In this document: piece after piece, positions 46,809 to 49,600 of the stretch
Layout of the letters: every line of letters starts with the position of its first letter
How positions within the stretch are numbered: the first letter of the stretch is position 1
DNA from: Mesorhizobium sp.
Lineage (GTDB): Bacteria; Pseudomonadota; Alphaproteobacteria; Rhizobiales; Rhizobiaceae
Assembly: GCA_040512755.1 (NCBI GenBank)
Contig: JBEVEP010000049.1
Coordinates: 1 to 49,600 of the forward strand
Length of the DNA stretch: 49,600 bases
Direction: 5' to 3'
The notes under the pieces: model-generated
What the model saw: only the letters and a program-made list of their open reading frames with translations
Databases searched by the model: none
Told to the model about the DNA's origin: nothing
Translations under genes and position numbers: made by a program

Positions 46809-47440
46809 TGCGGCGCAGAGTGCTTCTCCGCAATGCCGTCGCCATGGCGTTTCTTGCGGCGGCCGTCCAATCCGCCCTTGCTGCGTCAAGCCATGATCCC
46901 GACTGGCCCTGCATCCAGCGCAAAGTGCCTGAACTGTCCCTCGGCCAGATCTGGAACGGTCCAGAACTGCCGGTATCGGCAAAAGACTGGTCGAAGGATC
47001 CGGATATCTCTGCCTTGGTCACTGAACTTTCGGCACGCCGAGTGCCCATCGCGGATGCGCAGAAGGAAATTCGCGAGTTTGCAGCCAATCTTCCGGCCGA
47101 CAGATCGATCGATCTGCTTACGAGCCTCGCGCAAGGCCTGTTCGACCACATGAACGCGGAACGCTCACAGATTATCGCCGGCATCGGACGCTACGCACGC
47201 AATCAGACCGAACTGGCGGCAAGGCTTCGCAAGGAGGCATCCGAACTCGACGCATTGCGGGCGAAGCCGGAGGCCGATGTAAAGGATGTCGATGCGCAAA
47301 CCCAGCGCCTGACTTGGGAAACGCGGATCTTCGAAGAGCGTGTTCAGTCGCTGACCTATGTCTGCGAAGTTCCGACATTGATCGAGCAAAGGCTGTTCGC
47401 GCTCGCCAAGACGATCGCAGAGGTTCTCCCCAAGGAATAG
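46808..47440 (+). CDS. Secreted hypothetical protein, helical/coiled-coil, two Cys; coupled to the permease gene
   Basis: 210 aa. Signal peptide 'AVAMAFLAAAVQSALA'. Cys in 'DWPCIQRK' and 'YVCEVP'. The start shares 1 nt with the permease stop (TGATG). Confidence 0.6.
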   Translation: MRRRVLLRNAVAMAFLAAAVQSALAASSHDPDWPCIQRKVPELSLGQIWNGPELPVSAKDWSKDPDISALVTELSARRVPIADAQKEIREFAANLPADRSIDLLTSLAQGLFDHMNAERSQIIAGIGRYARNQTELAARLRKEASELDALRAKPEADVKDVDAQTQRLTWETRIFEERVQSLTYVCEVPTLIEQRLFALAKTIAEVLPKE

Positions 47441-48385
47441 CTACATTGCGGACGCTATGGCGGGGTAGAGCTTCCCGAGCATGGGCAGATACATGGCGCC
47501 TTTGCGCATCAGGAAGTCATGGAAGGTTGCCATCGCCGGCGAGATCGCACGGTCGGTGCGCATGACCGCGAACCACTGACGGCGGACCGGCATGCCGACG
47601 ACATCCAGAATGATGAGCCGCCCCGACTCCACCTCCGACGCGATCGTATGAGCTGAAATGAAGGCGATGCCGAGACCTGCCATTACCGCTTGCTTGATCG
47701 TCTCGTTCGAGCCCATTTCGACGCCCAGATCGTCAATTCGGCCCGGCAACTCGCCAAGGAAAATTTCGAGCGATATCCGGGTGCCCGAACCCGGCTCCCT
47801 GATCAGGAAACTCTCCTCGCCTATCCGTTCCTTCGATATGTCGCGTGCCGTCGCAAGCGGGTGCTCCGGGGAAGCAATGATAACCAGCGGATGATCGCCA
47901 AAGGCCGAGGCTCGCAGGGGGATGTCCTTCGCCGGGCGCCCCATCAGTGCGATGTCAACATCATGGCTCTTGAGGCTAGCGATGATATCGGCTCGGTTGC
48001 CAACAATCAGCCGCATATCAATGTTGGGAAATTCCTTCATGAAGGCTGCCATCAGCCGTGGCGCGAAATATTTGGCGGTCGAGACGACACCGAGGCGAAG
48101 GCTGCCGCTGCGGACACCTTTGATGGCATCCAGCTGGTCTTCGAGCAGACGAAGGCGCTCCTCCACAGCCTGCACCGCGTCAAGGAAAGCCAGACCTGCG
48201 GCAGTGGGACGCATGCCCTCGGTCGTCCGATCGAAAAGCGCCAGGCCTACCTCCTCCTCCGCTTGCCGAAGCTGGATCGTAACGGCTGGAGACGACAGGC
48301 CTAACTCCTTGGCCGCATTGACGATCTTGCCTTGGCTGACAATCGCCTGAACGGCCCGGAATTGCTTGAAGGTGAGGTTACGCAT
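47441..48385 (-). CDS. cbbR: LysR-family regulator of the Calvin-cycle operon
   Basis: 314 aa. HTH 'LTFKQFRAVQAIVSQGKIVNAAKELGLSSPAVTIQLRQAEEEVG'. Divergent from cbbF-cbbP. Confidence 0.85.
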   Translation of the reverse strand: MRNLTFKQFRAVQAIVSQGKIVNAAKELGLSSPAVTIQLRQAEEEVGLALFDRTTEGMRPTAAGLAFLDAVQAVEERLRLLEDQLDAIKGVRSGSLRLGVVSTAKYFAPRLMAAFMKEFPNIDMRLIVGNRADIIASLKSHDVDIALMGRPAKDIPLRASAFGDHPLVIIASPEHPLATARDISKERIGEESFLIREPGSGTRISLEIFLGELPGRIDDLGVEMGSNETIKQAVMAGLGIAFISAHTIASEVESGRLIILDVVGMPVRRQWFAVMRTDRAISPAMATFHDFLMRKGAMYLPMLGKLYPAIASAM

Positions 48386-48394
48386 TGCCGACAG

Positions 48395-48434
48395 TAAGAG
48401 TTTTTTATCTGCTCTGTAAAGTTATTAAAATTTA
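48395..48434. promoter_or_regulatory. cbb control region with two TNA-N7-TNA (LysR/CbbR-type) boxes in an AT-rich tract
   Basis: TAA-gagtttt-TTA at 48395-48407 and TTA-ttaaaat-TTA at 48422-48434, between cbbR (ATG at 48385) and cbbF (ATG at 48501). Confidence 0.4.
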
Positions 48435-48500
48435 CTTATCACTCCGAGCTCGTAGTCTCGCCCCGAAGTCCGGCCTTAAGCGCCGGTCCGGGAGGAAAAG

Positions 48501-49544
48501 ATGAACGCGGCAACGCTCGACGCTTTTCTGAATTCCTACGTGGGCACGGACAGCCTGCGTTCAGCTGTGGCCGCGACCGTTCATCAATTGGCGCAGGCAG
48601 CCGTAAAAATCCGGCACACCATCAATCAGGGCGTTCTCGGCGTGGCTTTTGCCGGCACACGCGGCGTCAATTCCGACGGAGATCTTCAGAAGGACCTCGA
48701 TGTGTTGGCCGACGAAGTCTTTCTCGACGCCATGCGCCAGGCCCCGGTCGCACTTTATGCGTCGGAGGAACTTGAACAGCCGGTGCTGCTGAACGGAGAA
48801 GCGCCTCTCGCCATTGCAATCGATCCCCTGGACGGCTCATCGAATATCGACACCAACGTTTCCCTCGGCACGATTTTCTCGATCCTCCCCGCAACTGGCG
48901 CGCCGGGCGCAAACCCGGCCGCCCCTTTTTTGCAGGCGGGCGAAAAACAGATCGGCGCCGGTTTCTTCATCTACGGGCCGCAACTGGCGCTCGTCCTTTC
49001 GCTCGGCAGCGGCACGCATGTCTTCGTGCTCTCGACACGGCTCGGCACGTTCGTACAGGCCTATGAGAGCCGGATCATCCCACCCCGTACCCAGGAGTTC
49101 GCCATCAATGCCGCCAACTACCGGCATTGGGACGAGGCCGTCCGCCTCTATGTCGATGATTGTCTGGAAGGCAGCGAAGGCCCGCGCGAGCGGGATTTCA
49201 ACATGCGCTGGATCGCATCCCTTGTCGCGGACTGCTACCGCATTCTGATCCGAGGCGGCGTTTTCCTCTACCCCGGCGATCAGCGCAAGGGCTACCATCA
49301 AGGCCGGCTTCGCCTCGTCTATGAAGCGAACCCGATTGCCTATCTCATCGAGCAGGCTGGCGGCGCAGCGACCGATACGGTCAACCGCATCCTCGAGATC
49401 GAGCCCGAAAGCCTGCACCAACGCACACCTGTGGTCTTCGGATCGGCGCGCGAGGTCCGCCGCATCGCTCGCTATCACACCGAACCGAGCAGCATCGGCG
49501 AGCGTGCGCCGTTGTTCGGCCATCGCGGCCTGTTCCGGGCCTGA
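48501..49544 (+). CDS. cbbF: Class 1 fructose-1,6-/sedoheptulose-1,7-bisphosphatase
   Basis: 347 aa. 'IDPLDGSSNID' metal-binding motif and 'GGVFLYPGD'. RBS gggagga. Confidence 0.9.
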   Translation: MNAATLDAFLNSYVGTDSLRSAVAATVHQLAQAAVKIRHTINQGVLGVAFAGTRGVNSDGDLQKDLDVLADEVFLDAMRQAPVALYASEELEQPVLLNGEAPLAIAIDPLDGSSNIDTNVSLGTIFSILPATGAPGANPAAPFLQAGEKQIGAGFFIYGPQLALVLSLGSGTHVFVLSTRLGTFVQAYESRIIPPRTQEFAINAANYRHWDEAVRLYVDDCLEGSEGPRERDFNMRWIASLVADCYRILIRGGVFLYPGDQRKGYHQGRLRLVYEANPIAYLIEQAGGAATDTVNRILEIEPESLHQRTPVVFGSAREVRRIARYHTEPSSIGERAPLFGHRGLFRA

Positions 49545-49559
49545 CGAGCGGAGGACGAA

Positions 49560-49600
49560 ATGTCGGCAAAGCACCCCATCATTTCGATCACCGGCTCTTC
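49560..49600 (+). CDS. cbbP: Phosphoribulokinase, 5' end only (truncated by the window edge)
   Basis: ATG at 49560 behind the RBS ggagga. 'MSAKHPIISITGS' is the typical PRK N-terminus leading into the P-loop. Confidence 0.75.
   Translation, partial: MSAKHPIISITGS

Noticed and set aside
46950-47010. 'KDWSKDPDISALVTE' in the secreted protein resembled the DPD start of lanmodulin-type EF-hand loops
   Set aside because: The 12-residue EF-hand spacing fails: there is no Gly at loop position 6 and no acidic residue at position 12. It is not counted as a metal-binding motif.

Overview
GC-rich alphaproteobacterial (Hyphomicrobiales/Rhizobiales-like) DNA, densely coding, with no rRNA, tRNA, CRISPR, transposase or phage genes seen. 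The modules, left to right, are as follows. (1) A branched-chain amino-acid block on the minus strand: an orphan LivJ-type binding protein, the bkdA1-bkdA2-bkdB-lpdV 2-oxoacid dehydrogenase operon and an Lrp regulator, which is divergent from a leucine dehydrogenase. (2) An alpha/beta hydrolase followed by class I PHA synthase phaC. (3) An IclR regulator divergent from tctCBA, which is followed by a family III CoA-transferase and a short citrate-synthase-fold citryl-CoA-lyase-like gene. (4) A YbaK-like gene and a coxMNOP-type alternative CuA cytochrome c oxidase with a subunit IV gene. (5) A roughly 19 kb 'archaeal-like' tetrahydromethanopterin (H4MPT)/methanofuran formaldehyde-oxidation island: fhcCDAB, a pterin-4a-carbinolamine dehydratase homologue, mptG, mtdB, orf5-like, mch, orfY-like, orf7-like, fae, orf1-like, orf9-like, and a six-gene translationally coupled cofactor operon that includes an MfnB-FolB fusion. 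(6) A PedA1A2BC/Lut-like ABC module of the kind associated with PQQ dehydrogenases and implicated in lanthanide uptake, carrying two uncharacterised periplasmic proteins. (7) The start of a Calvin-cycle operon: cbbR divergent from cbbF and cbbP, the latter truncated by the window edge. The most interesting items are the cupredoxin-like protein with substituted copper ligands inside the Lut-like module, the MfnB-FolB fusion, a pterin-4a-carbinolamine dehydratase with an intact catalytic motif embedded in the H4MPT island, and the transporter/CoA-transferase/citryl-CoA-lyase module. All calls come from reading the supplied translations and sequence by eye. No database search was run.
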